A stretch of DNA of 63,130 nucleotides, counting the filler, from Globobulimina sp. (taxonomy: Eukaryota), in assembly GCA_003354225.1 (NCBI GenBank). It is 20 parts of 20 records of this genome, joined end to end, with 100 filler letters (N's around TTAATTAATTAA, not from the genome) between each part and the next. Parts side by side here need not be neighbours in the genome. Positions count along the whole stretch, not along the records: positions 34,792 to 37,852 come from PIVH01003840.1; positions 37,953 to 41,012 come from PIVH01003841.1; positions 41,113 to 44,172 come from PIVH01003842.1; positions 44,273 to 47,332 come from PIVH01003843.1; 16 more parts are not named here. One strand, 5' to 3'. A model generated the notes under the pieces. That model saw nothing but the letters and a program-made list of their open reading frames with translations. It did no database searches and was not told where the DNA came from. Positions 36,491-47,239 of this stretch are shown in pieces. Position numbers and translations under genes: made by a program. Position 1 is the first letter of the stretch. Every line of letters begins with the position of its first letter.

Positions 36491-37852
36491 TTATTGCTTT
36501 TCAAACATATCTCTCAATTTAACCACATCTGCGATTTTACCTTTAATAATTTTAAATTTGCCAGAAGCATATAACTGAGCTGGTGTTGTTTGTGTGGCAC
36601 ATATCGCATCGCGGAACACCTGCTCGCTGCACAAAGTAACAATTTTAGCTTTTGAATGACACTGTTTACGGCTAATAAATCTAGTAATATATGCTTCGTT
36701 AATTAGTGCTTTTGTTGTATCATCTACCTCACTCTCAATATTATAATTTGAACCTTTAAAAATCTCAACAATACCATCCCTAATCTCCAATAAATACCAC
36801 AAATCTTCAAAATCATGACACACCGACACATTTTTAAATGGTTCTGAAACCACATCAACTTTCAATCTGACGCGCAACATTGCTATGACCTGATCGATCT
36901 GAACATTATTCATCACAAATTCTTTCACTTCATCCCAAACTACAATGTTTGAACCTGTTATTTCTTCCAAAGCAGAGGTTAAATAATAATTTCTCCCATT
37001 GGCAGAAGTCATAAATGAAGCCATGCACTGCAACGCATGCGTACGCATATATTTTGCTTCTTGCTTTTCTTCCTCATTTAATTTTGTAGAGTGCAAAAGT
37101 TCAGTCGCTAATTGTAAACCCCATTGACATGAATTTCGATCCTCTTTTTCTTCGATAATACCTTGGATTACACCAAAAATATGCGCAATATCATTATTTA
37201 ATAAATCAATCAGTCGATCACCCAAATCACTCTAGAATAGTATTAAAAAAAATATATAACAAATTAACACATGTGCATTAACAAAACTTTTGGTAGCGGG
37301 AATAAATCAGCAGCATCACCACTAAACCAACCTAAATATGAATGGAATATGCCACGTACACTCCAATCCATAGTACCATACATTTCCTGTAAATATGGAT
37401 GATTTTTCAATCTCTCCGGCATATTTTCATGAATCAACGGAAGCATCTCGTCGGGAGTTAGACCCATATTCATATACCGGATGGTTTGGTCATGCGTATA
37501 ACTGATCCCATCTCTATACACAGTTAAAAGTTCCTGTATTTTATCTTCACCATAAACAGGTCGCATATGAGCTGGTACTAATATCAATGGCGCGGGTTCC
37601 AACGATCGCATTGCATCCAACGATTTGGTCCAATCTCGTGCATCACGGGTCGGCGTACCCCGTATTGCATAAATATTAGGAAATGTTTGATAAATATTGT
37701 CAGCCGGTAACAATATGCGTTTTTCCGGTAAATATATAAATATTTGATCTGCAAAAACGAAATAAAGCACAATATACAAAGAAATGTATAAAATAAAATA
37801 TTTACAAACCAGCAGTCTCGCCGGGAGCATGCACAATTTCCATCTCCACGCC
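36491..37852 (-). CDS. Alkyl sulfatase (SdsA1/BDS1-like: MBL fold, dimerization domain and SCP2-like domain), 5'-truncated, with introns
   Basis: H.PGET|DQ...ADNIY..FPNIYAIRGT..RD...W..SLD...H.RP..G...YRD.I...HDQT.R.MN.G...YG...W.VRGIF..YLGWFSG. Confidence 0.9.
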
Positions 37853-38001
37853 NNNNNNNNNNNNNNNNNNNNNNNNNNNNNNNNNNNNNNNNNNNNTTAA
37901 TTAATTAANNNNNNNNNNNNNNNNNNNNNNNNNNNNNNNNNNNNNNNNNNNNCGGTTGATACATATCGTTTTGCACTCGTTGAAAAATGACGAGGGGATG
38001 G

Positions 38002-39363
38002 TTAGTTTAGTGGGTGGAGGGGAAATTGATTTCTTAAAGTTTTGAAGATGTCCCGATCAATTTCTGCAGGATCAACAATTGTGATTCCTTGCGGATATGC
38101 AGGACCATCGCTATTCCCACTATGACGTGCTTTGCATGTTGAGGTTGCACTGAAATCCGTACAACTCATTATAACACCGACCGCATCAAAATTATATCCA
38201 TCACTCGTTGTTGAAATTGTTAAAGGATCGCGTCCCGCTCTATTATAAACCGGGTTGCTCAGTAACATTACTTTTCCATTTGGCAACACTCGGGAATTCA
38301 AATTTGCATTTACATCTGGAATATTTGTAAGGGTCACAGCTGTCCAATTTCCAAATATCTTTTTATTATCATTCATTGTGAAATTTCTCATTGATGCATA
38401 AAACCTTTTTTCATGACTATTGGCGCGATATAACAGTACGTCGCCATCATTAGACGGCAATGTATAATGCGTTAATTCATTCGCAATGCCTAATCTTTCA
38501 TCGATTGTGCGATAATCTAAAATGCCATTCTCTACAACTTCACATTTTAAGGTTGCATTCTCTTTGTTTTTGCCATTACAAAATCCATTCATTTGTTTTG
38601 TTAACAATGCAATATCATTTTGTGTCTGTTGATCCATCTCATTCACTGTTGGGATATTGAACATTTTCGTTGCTTCTGCAAAATCAATCGGCGCTGTGCT
38701 TGAAGCCCAGAACATTTTGCCCAAATTCCCCATTCCAGACAGTATTTCTCTCATTAACAAAGTGTTATTTTCTTCATTCAAAATATATTTCACATATTTG
38801 TATATATATTTTGTTAGTAATATTTTACTGTACATACCTTGTCCAACCTTTCCTTGTTGACTGGCAGGACCACAATTTCTTGGATCGAGTGGTTGTGGGT
38901 ATAAACAAAACTGAGCGCCTTGAGCTGATTGGTCGTTGGATGTGTTATGTTTCCCTGCAGAGGCACCAACATATTGCCTTCCATTAATGATAATTGGTGG
39001 ACCCACAAACAATGTGGCTGCCATTGTCGGAGTGGTTAGATTTCCAAAAAATATATCTGCAGTATTCCATTGTTTACCATCGCTAGATTGACTATAAAGT
39101 ATTCGTTGACCATTACAATCTTCAGTTATCTGACAATTTTTCCATAACACAGTCAATACGTTATAATGATATCCAATCATCGCAGCGTGATTATATGCTC
39201 CATTCGCAAGAGTACCCTCAAATACTTGATAGTTGGATCTATTCGGCAGAAATGAATAACCTCCCAATGGTGCCGTTGCATTTGGCCATGGAGCACTCCA
39301 ATACGGTATTGTTTGAGAATTAGACGCTATAAAACACAAACACAAATAAAGAAAGAGTATCAT
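38002..39363 (-). CDS. Secreted BNR/Asp-box (sialidase-like beta-propeller) protein
   Basis: Signal peptide, YNH.AM, ED..GQR.LYSQS.DG..W, TNIPD, LPNG...L.SN, R.PL.I..S.DG..FD, GP.YP; probable in-frame intron about 38775-38836. Confidence 0.75.
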   Translation of the reverse strand: MILFLYLCLCFIASNSQTIPYWSAPWPNATAPLGGYSFLPNRSNYQVFEGTLANGAYNHAAMIGYHYNVLTVLWKNCQITEDCNGQRILYSQSSDGKQWNTADIFFGNLTTPTMAATLFVGPPIIINGRQYVGASAGKHNTSNDQSAQGAQFCLYPQPLDPRNCGPASQQGKVGQGMYSKILLTKYIYKYVKYILNEENNTLLMREILSGMGNLGKMFWASSTAPIDFAEATKMFNIPTVNEMDQQTQNDIALLTKQMNGFCNGKNKENATLKCEVVENGILDYRTIDERLGIANELTHYTLPSNDGDVLLYRANSHEKRFYASMRNFTMNDNKKIFGNWTAVTLTNIPDVNANLNSRVLPNGKVMLLSNPVYNRAGRDPLTISTTSDGYNFDAVGVIMSCTDFSATSTCKARHSGNSDGPAYPQGITIVDPAEIDRDIFKTLRNQFPLHPLN

Positions 39364-39410
39364 GTTTTTGTTCTGATTTGATAATTGTTAGTGACTACTC
39401 GAGTTAAACC

Positions 39411-40934
39411 ATGTTGTCCAAATGTCCTTTGCATGCAACTGCATTTAAACCAGTGACATACGCATATGCCTCAATCCGTGCTGTCCATTGGTATCATGAC
39501 GCGAAAACAGTGGGTGCCACCAAGGATCAGTATGAATTATTTAACCGGCAACGCGAATTCGGGCAGGGTGAAATTGACGATAAGGACCGGTATCCCCATT
39601 TATATTGGAATTTATGGAAGGGACGAACTCATCTTCAGCGCGTAGTGCAGCAATGGGGATATTCAAAGGATCACAAACCAGATTATTTACGCCGCGAAGC
39701 CGAGAAAATGGCCTATTTTATGAAGTTGGATGATTTGGATTTCCTGGAACAAACCCGTCCGGAATATAGTTTCATTGATGATGACGCCAAGAATGCAGTC
39801 GGTTATATCACGGATGACGAAGACGATGAAATATTAGAACACAGAGATTATGGCAAATTATACGACGATGCCTGCGCTGAATATCGCAGCATGATTTTGG
39901 AGGATCATTGCGATGGTCGGCCGGTGTATGAATGGCAAGTTCCATATGGCTTAAATGAAGCGTATGGATACCAATCAGTGTCGACTGCAGTGGATGTAAT
40001 CTGCAATGAGAAGACATTGGAAAATATTGCAATGGGATGGAAAATAAATGCGAGTGACGGCGCAAACGGAATAATATTACAAAACGAAAACACGCAGCAA
40101 GAAATATGTTTAATTGAGTCAAGTTCTGCAGCGCAACGCATTAAAAACTGGAGTCCGTCCACTGTTGTGATCCAATGTGGTTCGGAGCGACTTTTAACGC
40201 AAATGAAACATACATTTTCTGCCACGAATGCAACGGATGTGTATGGATGCGGGGTCTCCTTAGCATGGAGCACTGCCTTTTATTTATCATCGCTGTGGCC
40301 GGTAAATCCAATATTATCTGTCATGACTGCGGCGGGTCTGATTTGTATGAATGGCACGTTCTTATTTCGTACCTTTATGCATCCACAGGACCAGTTATTA
40401 AAGAATGTGTTTGGTGCCAGTAAGAAAAGCAAAGCGAATTTGGTTTTGGGTGACTGGTTATTGGATGACTATGATGAGAGATTGAACCAAGTGGAATATT
40501 TCGATGATTTAGGAGCAAATATGCATAATACAGCTAATGCATTGTCGGCTGTGTCGGTGTCTGATTTGGATGGATTTCAACAAAAGGAAAAGGAAGGCAC
40601 ATTTAAGGAGTTTATGAGTAATGTTAAGAATTTAGGATCGGGCACGAGTTTGCATAGAAATAATTTAGCATTGTTGAATTTGGATGATGTGAGCGGTACA
40701 AATTGGTGCAAATCTTATCGAGATGTGGTGAATAATCGGAGAATAGATTTATTAGCACAAGTGTTGAATAATTGCGAAGGAGAGAAGATATTAATGAGTG
40801 TTGATGATGTCGATAATATTAAATCTCCCATTGTTTCACACTTAATTCAACGAAGATTAACGGGGCAAGTTGATATTGGAAAACCTGTTTTGAAATATGA
40901 TACATATTATGAAAGGGTGCAAGTTGATATTTGA
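39411..40934 (+). CDS. Probable mitochondrial protein with a degenerate TraB/TRABD-like domain
   Basis: Presequence-like N-terminus; I....P..VV...C..R, A.LVLGD and V...R...LA..L motifs. Confidence 0.5.
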   Translation: MLSKCPLHATAFKPVTYAYASIRAVHWYHDAKTVGATKDQYELFNRQREFGQGEIDDKDRYPHLYWNLWKGRTHLQRVVQQWGYSKDHKPDYLRREAEKMAYFMKLDDLDFLEQTRPEYSFIDDDAKNAVGYITDDEDDEILEHRDYGKLYDDACAEYRSMILEDHCDGRPVYEWQVPYGLNEAYGYQSVSTAVDVICNEKTLENIAMGWKINASDGANGIILQNENTQQEICLIESSSAAQRIKNWSPSTVVIQCGSERLLTQMKHTFSATNATDVYGCGVSLAWSTAFYLSSLWPVNPILSVMTAAGLICMNGTFLFRTFMHPQDQLLKNVFGASKKSKANLVLGDWLLDDYDERLNQVEYFDDLGANMHNTANALSAVSVSDLDGFQQKEKEGTFKEFMSNVKNLGSGTSLHRNNLALLNLDDVSGTNWCKSYRDVVNNRRIDLLAQVLNNCEGEKILMSVDDVDNIKSPIVSHLIQRRLTGQVDIGKPVLKYDTYYERVQVDI

Positions 40935-41187
40935 TTTCCGTATTATTGATGATTTTGAATGCAATTTATGTATCCTAGCACTCTAAACTACTTCAACTAT
41001 CCTTGCACATACNNNNNNNNNNNNNNNNNNNNNNNNNNNNNNNNNNNNNNNNNNNNTTAATTAATTAANNNNNNNNNNNNNNNNNNNNNNNNNNNNNNNN
41101 NNNNNNNNNNNNGAATGCGCCGCAAATGATTTAGAGAGTGGTTCGTGTGCCAATTGGATACACGACGCACATTTAGAAGGAGTATCA

Positions 41188-41634
41188 ATGAACAAATATC
41201 AACAAAAAGGAGCAGAAGCATATAAATGGTATTGTTATGAACATGCGTTTATGCGCAAAAGAGTCCATTTTATGGTGGATGAAAAAAAAGAGAAAGACGG
41301 TGATGATGAGGGCGATAACGTGCCTCCTCACGCCAATTTATATAATTTGCGTTCAAAGAAAACTGTATCAAAGACAGTAACAAAAAAACGCAATTTTACA
41401 GCAGTATTTGATCAGAAATTGAATGACGGCGATAATGAGTGCGATGCTGCCAAATCAGATTCAGAATTAGTTATTTTAAATGAGAATAAGAATAAAAAGA
41501 AAAAAGAAACAGAAAATGTGTCAGATTCAAGCGAAGAAGATTTAAAATGGCGGGTATTTACCTTTGAAAAATATCCAAAAAATAAAGGCACTATTTTTGC
41601 GGAACATAGTTGCGGAGTTTTTGCAGACTTGTAA
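41188..41634 (+). CDS. Hypothetical protein fragment
   Basis: 148-aa charged ORF at the contig start. Confidence 0.35.
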   Translation: MNKYQQKGAEAYKWYCYEHAFMRKRVHFMVDEKKEKDGDDEGDNVPPHANLYNLRSKKTVSKTVTKKRNFTAVFDQKLNDGDNECDAAKSDSELVILNENKNKKKKETENVSDSSEEDLKWRVFTFEKYPKNKGTIFAEHSCGVFADL

Positions 41635-42325
41635 ACGTATTAACTTCTCCTCTCCATTGTTTATATACATTTTCTTCCGATTCAACATAATAATCTGCAA
41701 GTTCCAAAGGCACGTCGTCTCCCGAAAAAAATGAAATATTGTACTCAGATACTTGAACAGGTTTATGATATCCCTCTAAACTCAACTCACCATCCGGCCA
41801 CATATAAACGAAAATGTAATGTTTGAACAATAATAAGTAACAAATGTCGTTGCGGAAAGTAAGGCGGATGATACTAGTATTCTTGTACTGATATCCGCCA
41901 CTCTGAACCACTAACCTTACTCGCAAAGAGCTAGAATCTTTTTTTTTGAATGCAATTACATTCTCAGATGGCTTGAATTTTAATACACCGCCATCATAAT
42001 TATGGCCATGGATTGCAGCTCTTCTTTGAAACTCTTGTTGTGTGAATTTGTGAAGCACGTTTGTTGGAAAATGTTGATTTGATTTGTTCACCATTTGGAT
42101 AATGTTTTGTAATTGAAATAATGACAATTGTTCTAATGCGCCTGTTCTTTGCGATAATGTTTTTATTGATTGCATGCGATAGGTGTTGCTTACAGATAAG
42201 GTGCGTGTCAATAAGTCATTGGTACTTAAATGATGAAAGGCTACATTTAATACATCGGGATCGTTGATTGCATGTGTTGTCATTGTGAGGATTGTGGACA
42301 TGCAAATAAAAATATTAATCATCAT
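41591..42325 (-). CDS. Hypothetical protein with an F-box-like N-terminal motif
   Basis: PDVL..AF.HL...DL...LSVS..Y pattern. Confidence 0.45.
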   Translation of the reverse strand: MMINIFICMSTILTMTTHAINDPDVLNVAFHHLSTNDLLTRTLSVSNTYRMQSIKTLSQRTGALEQLSLFQLQNIIQMVNKSNQHFPTNVLHKFTQQEFQRRAAIHGHNYDGGVLKFKPSENVIAFKKKDSSSLRVRLVVQSGGYQYKNTSIIRLTFRNDICYLLLFKHYIFVYMWPDGELSLEGYHKPVQVSEYNISFFSGDDVPLELADYYVESEENVYKQWRGEVNTFTSLQKLRNYVPQK

Positions 42326-42493
42326 CTATAGTTTAGGATTTTAATTCAAACGTACTGTATGACTCTGTATCACCGTTCGCGAAATTGCGCACATACCAAA
42401 TTCCGATTGACAGCTGCATCACAAAACAAATGCGGAAAAAACCTTTCTTTAAGTCATCCTTTCGTATATTCTAAATTGTTTTTGGAACATTAT

Positions 42494-44172
42494 ATGAATT
42501 CTAATGTTTACAATCATCACAATTCAGTTGCAATGGAGCAAAATAATGAGCACAATAACAATTACAATCAACATCATCGCAGATCACCTAATTCGCCTTA
42601 TGCCAATGTTAAGGATAAAGTGGAACAAAACGTGCATAGATTTAAACCGCCGCGATTTAATAATCCCACAAAATCACCGCCAAAAATACGTCTCTGTAAA
42701 ACAGTATCATTGCCGGCCGATACATCGCCAACAAAACACCCAGTACAGAGAGCAAATTCTGATATGTCCCCCATCGCCAATACACACAATAATAATAATA
42801 ATAACAACAAAATAATGAATGGATTGAAAGCATTTAATGACGAAAACTTAGACAACAATAAAGTGAGGAATGAGTTTGAATTTGCAGTGCCAAGCAAACA
42901 TATTACACTCTCAAACCATAAAAAATCTCACACACAAAATCAAAATGCAAACAACAAAGCAAGCAATGTACACACAAATAATATGGAGATAAACAGAGCC
43001 AACAATGGAAGAATTAATCAGAATCAGAATTACATAAATAACGGATACCCACACAAACACAACAATGGTTTCAATCAAAGCAGGAAACAAAACCATTACA
43101 ACAATAATAACAATCGGAATAAATCCAATAATAACAATGTCAATGTCAACCAAAACAGTCACAATAAAAACGTGTCATTTGCTAACAATCTCAAAAATGA
43201 GTGCAAACCGCCAACGATAACTGACCAAAAGCGCAATAATATCAATCTCAAAGAGATGCATGCTTTGTCATATTGGGGCTTACCGTCAATATTATGTTCT
43301 GGCTACGAGGTGGAAGGAATCAAATCTTTGTATGACTGGCAAGTGGAATGTATGAATAATGTGTCCGTGCTACGTGGCGGCAATTTGGTGTACAGTGCGC
43401 CAACCGGCGGCGGCAAGACCTTGGTGGCTGAAATATTAATGTTGCGCAATATACTGCGCACCAAAAGGAAGGCCATATTCGTGTTACCTTTTGTGTCCAT
43501 CGTGGTGGAGAAGGTGCGCTATTTTAATAAGATATTCCGCAGCGCCAAGATCAAAGTTAAAGGCTTTTATTCAAACAAAGGTTGTGCTGCGGGCCTGGGC
43601 AGGAATTGCGACATTGCAATCTGTACGATCGAGAAAGCCAACTCCATCGTAAACAAACTGATTATGAACAACAAGTTGATGGATACGATTGGCATTGTGA
43701 TATTGGACGAGATGCATATGATTGGCGACGGGCAACGTGGCTATATTTTGGAATTGCTATTGACGAAAATTCGCTATGTTCAGGAGAAGATTAGTCAGCA
43801 ATACCGGGCCTCCATCGAGAAACAAGTGAATATGCTGCAGCATAGTTATGTGAATTTGTGTGTGCATTTTGTGGCAAACGTATCAATATTTTCTACTGTA
43901 AGATGACGGCGAGATGCTGTCCCAACAATGCGACGATCAAATCCACGGATTTCCATCCCTGAATCCTGAAAATGACGACGCCAGCAACAGAATACAAGTT
44001 CAGTAGACATGTCAATGTTTTTCTTTTTTGTAAAATTAGAAATTAGGCACCACCATGTTTCAGGTAGTTGGACTCAGCGCAACATTGCCGAATTTAGACG
44101 TAATCTGCAACTGGCTATCGGCCACGAAATACATTACAAATTACCGGCCAATCCCCTTAACCGAATACATCA
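42494..44172 (+). CDS. POLQ/HELQ (Ski2-like) DNA helicase N-terminus, 3'-truncated, with introns near 43848-43900 and 43998-44063
   Basis: Y...[72 protein letters not shown]. Confidence 0.92.
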
Positions 44173-44310
44173 NNNNNNNNNNNNNNNNNNNNNNNNNNNN
44201 NNNNNNNNNNNNNNNNTTAATTAATTAANNNNNNNNNNNNNNNNNNNNNNNNNNNNNNNNNNNNNNNNNNNNTTCGATCAACCGCTAGTTCCTAAAAAGA
44301 AGGAGAAGAA

Positions 44311-44556
44311 ATGAGTAAATTAGAAGCATATGAATGTGATAGTTGTGGAAAATTATTAAAAACAGATAGCGAAGATCTTAGAACGGTATATGGTAATATT
44401 TGTGTTGGTATAAACGGTGGTATTGTTGGTAATAACCTTAAAGCCGGTAAAGTTATCACAGAATCACATTACTGTGTTGATTGTTTAGTTAGAATTGTTA
44501 AAGCGGAATCAGTTAGTAGAAGTCAAGAATCAGCATTATTTAACGCATTTGATTAA
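44311..44556 (+). CDS. Phage hypothetical protein (CxxC...CxxC)
   Basis: RBS AAGGAG upstream; zinc-ribbon cysteines. Confidence 0.75.
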   Translation: MSKLEAYECDSCGKLLKTDSEDLRTVYGNICVGINGGIVGNNLKAGKVITESHYCVDCLVRIVKAESVSRSQESALFNAFD

Positions 44557-44566
44557 AGGATAATAT

Positions 44567-44800
44567 ATGAAATATTACGTAATTGAGACTAATGATCGTG
44601 AGACTAGTGTAACTGAAATGGATAGAGAATTATTAATGGACTTCATCCAACCAGAAGAGTGGTGCGATGAGGAGCATAGAATTTTTATGACACATATAGA
44701 TAATACTATTACAAAATATTGGAAAATCAATGGAGTCCTTATCATTAAGGGTGAAATTGTTACACCAATTCCTACTAAAATTGTAATGGATATTGATTAA
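44567..44800 (+). CDS. Phage hypothetical protein
   Basis: RBS AAGGA; tight packing. Confidence 0.7.
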   Translation: MKYYVIETNDRETSVTEMDRELLMDFIQPEEWCDEEHRIFMTHIDNTITKYWKINGVLIIKGEIVTPIPTKIVMDID

Positions 44801-45001
44801 ATGAAGAATAAAGAAGACCTATACGAAGAATTTTACAGTGTAATTAGTTGTTTATTAGCGGAAGGTGTAGAATTCATGCTACCGGATGACTTATATTATG
44901 CTATTAAAGAAGAATGGGAAAAATATAACAAACTTTTATTACACAAAGATAAAATAAACAAACTTAATAAGGAGAGGTTAAAGAATGAAACGAACATTTG
45001 A
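44801..45001 (+). CDS. Phage hypothetical protein
   Basis: Abuts the previous stop. Confidence 0.6.
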   Translation: MKNKEDLYEEFYSVISCLLAEGVEFMLPDDLYYAIKEEWEKYNKLLLHKDKINKLNKERLKNETNI

Positions 45002-45275
45002 TAGAGATTTTCTAGTAAAAGAATTAGGATTACCATATGATGAATTTGATGGTGTTGAAATTATTGTAGATGATATTATTGATACATCTAGGTGGTCAAC
45101 AATTCATAATTTAATTTTTAAATATGAAGACAAATTTTACCAGACAGAATATTCAGTTGGTGCTACTGAATGTCAAGATGAAAGACCTTGGGATTATAGC
45201 GATACGGTGGATTGTACAGAAGTCCATAAAGTAGCTGTACAAACATTTGAATGGAAAGCGGTAGAGGGGAAATAA
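44985..45275 (+). CDS. Phage hypothetical protein (RWS...FY...Y..GATE.Q..P motif)
   Basis: RBS GAGGT; overlaps the upstream gene. Confidence 0.75.
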   Translation: MKRTFDRDFLVKELGLPYDEFDGVEIIVDDIIDTSRWSTIHNLIFKYEDKFYQTEYSVGATECQDERPWDYSDTVDCTEVHKVAVQTFEWKAVEGK

Positions 45276-45276
45276 T

Positions 45277-45576
45277 ATGAAAAAAGGATTTAGTTTAATT
45301 GAATTGATGATTGTAATTGCGATTATTGCAATTTTAGCGGCAGTTGTAGTAGGACTTTTTAAAAGTGACGAAGGCGTTACCACACAAGAAACCAGACAAA
45401 CAAATACACAAGTTTTAAACCTTAATGGATATAAAGTTATTGAAATTGATAAATGTCAATATATCTATAAAACTGATAAAGAAAGAATGATGGCTGAAAG
45501 AGGCTATGGATATCTGGCTCATAAGGGCAATTGTAATAATCCTGTACATGTTTATAATGATAGAAGAGGTGAATAA
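45277..45576 (+). CDS. Phage protein with a type IV prepilin N-terminal cleavage/methylation motif
   Basis: MKKG|FSLIELMIVIAIIAILAAVV; C-terminal IDKCQYI...HKGNCNNPVH. Confidence 0.85.
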   Translation: MKKGFSLIELMIVIAIIAILAAVVVGLFKSDEGVTTQETRQTNTQVLNLNGYKVIEIDKCQYIYKTDKERMMAERGYGYLAHKGNCNNPVHVYNDRRGE

Positions 45577-45866
45577 TGTTTAAAAAATGGATTAGAAATT
45601 GGTTAGGAGTTGAGACAACCATAGACGAGGAAAAAATAGACAAACAAATAAGAAAATTGATTAAGATTTCATTTATCGAGGCATTTGAAGAAGAGCTATA
45701 TTCATATTTTTGGGATAAGCATGAATGGAGGGATCTTCGAAATACGTTAAGTTGTACAATAGCTAAAAAGGCTAAATATCACCTTAAAGAAGAATTTGAA
45801 AAACTTAATACAGCAGAAAAATTCATTGACGATGTTGTTCATAGAATTAAAATAAAACAATTGTAA
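45576..45866 (+). CDS. Phage hypothetical protein
   Basis: TAATG overlap; RBS GAGGT. Confidence 0.7.
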   Translation: MFKKWIRNWLGVETTIDEEKIDKQIRKLIKISFIEAFEEELYSYFWDKHEWRDLRNTLSCTIAKKAKYHLKEEFEKLNTAEKFIDDVVHRIKIKQL

Positions 45867-45952
45867 TGAAAAATAAACCAAAAGTAGATCTAGATTTAGA
45901 TGAATGTTTATATATCGTTATACTAATTCTTATAATATTTTATATATGGTGA
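45866..45952 (+). CDS. 28-aa single-TM phage microprotein (below the ORF track cutoff)
   Basis: TAATG overlap; MKNKPKVDLDLDECLYIVILILIIFYIW*. Confidence 0.5.
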   Translation: MKNKPKVDLDLDECLYIVILILIIFYIW

Positions 45953-45957
45953 TTGAA

Positions 45958-46200
45958 ATGGTAACAAGAAAAACATGGAAAGAATTCCAAGATACAAAAC
46001 TTCTATGGTGGATCAACAGAATTCTTCATACTTTTGGTTGGGCCATTATATTAGAAATGGATGGGTGTGATATTGTTAATGTATATCCAGCTAGAGTTAA
46101 ATTCAGAGGTTTTGATAAAAACTCAGAAGAAAAGGGATTCATTGGTATTACACAATATCTAACTGATAATGTAGAAGAATTAAACGAAGAGGTAAATTAG
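45958..46200 (+). CDS. Phage hypothetical protein (W.EF....LLW.IN..LH.FGWAI...YPARV.FRGF)
   Basis: Likely start MVTRK, 5 nt after the microprotein stop. Confidence 0.75.
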   Translation: MVTRKTWKEFQDTKLLWWINRILHTFGWAIILEMDGCDIVNVYPARVKFRGFDKNSEEKGFIGITQYLTDNVEELNEEVN

Positions 46201-46201
46201 T

Positions 46202-46609
46202 ATGAAAGTATTCATATCTGACGAAACATTTACAGTTAAAAATAGTAAAAACATTGGATTCGAATTCTACAATGCCGATATCACAGATTTTAAAGATACT
46301 GTAGACGAAATTGTAAAAGTTGATGGCAAATTCTATAGAGTTCGTACATTTGGCACTTGTTTTAAAGATGAAACATGTTGTACTAGGTGTGTATACATTA
46401 CTACAGAACCTATAGACTTCAAATATATTTGTTTAACCGATAATCTAGTTCATAATGCTTTATCAGTAGGTATGGACTTAGAAGACATTATTATTGAACT
46501 AGTAATGACTAAAAATGAGTTATTTGATGAATTAGTTGATATTCGTAGGAATCAGGTTAATCATTATGTAATGGTGTCTCCTAGAGCTGTCTACGAAAAT
46601 AACCCTTGA
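46202..46609 (+). CDS. Phage hypothetical protein
   Basis: RBS GAGGT; tight packing. Confidence 0.7.
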   Translation: MKVFISDETFTVKNSKNIGFEFYNADITDFKDTVDEIVKVDGKFYRVRTFGTCFKDETCCTRCVYITTEPIDFKYICLTDNLVHNALSVGMDLEDIIIELVMTKNELFDELVDIRRNQVNHYVMVSPRAVYENNP

Positions 46610-46655
46610 CATACCAAAATTGATATGCTAGACTGTACCAAGACTTAAAGGAGGT
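46606..46655 (+). promoter_or_regulatory. Sigma70-type promoter and RBS
   Basis: TTGACA (46606-46611), 17-nt spacer, TG-n-TAGACT (46629-46634); AAGGAGGT before the ATG at 46660. Confidence 0.8.
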
Positions 46656-46659
46656 CAAC

Positions 46660-46917
46660 ATGAGTTACTATTATTTTATGTCAGTGTTAGCTGGAGTATT
46701 TTCAGTAGGCTTGATGCATAATATGGGCTATAAATTAGCACGAGATTGTGGCGAGTATTATACAATTACGATTTTTACCACATTACTATCTGCTACCTTT
46801 ATTTTCACACCCTATTTAAATTTTTATGTTAGTGTTATGAGTGTGTTATTTTACATCGCTGTAACACTGTACGAATTATTAAATATACCAATTTTTACAA
46901 TAAATAAAAGGAAATAA
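46660..46917 (+). CDS. Phage small membrane protein (3 TM)
   Basis: Strong RBS; hydrophobic sequence. Confidence 0.7.
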   Translation: MSYYYFMSVLAGVFSVGLMHNMGYKLARDCGEYYTITIFTTLLSATFIFTPYLNFYVSVMSVLFYIAVTLYELLNIPIFTINKRK

Positions 46918-46918
46918 T

Positions 46919-47239
46919 ATGAATAATATAGAGTATTTCAACATCCCTTCTTACTTTAATAGTAGAAGTTGGTTTAAAATTAACAAAGAACAAAATACAA
47001 TATTAATAGTGAAGGCTAGTATAGATTGGAGATATACGATTGCTAACACTACATATGAAGATTGTATTTTCAAGGTTGATGAACTTAAAGCAATCGATAA
47101 AGAAGAATTCGATAATGCTTATGACATGGCTATTCATACTTTAGACTCTTTATACAAAGGTTGTAACCCAAACCCCGTATCGTCTAGAATCTGTAGTTTG
47201 GGAACTAAATGTTGTAATATGGAACATGGAGATGAATGA
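46919..47239 (+). CDS. Phage hypothetical protein
   Basis: Tight packing; RBS AAGGA. Confidence 0.65.
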   Translation: MNNIEYFNIPSYFNSRSWFKINKEQNTILIVKASIDWRYTIANTTYEDCIFKVDELKAIDKEEFDNAYDMAIHTLDSLYKGCNPNPVSSRICSLGTKCCNMEHGDE

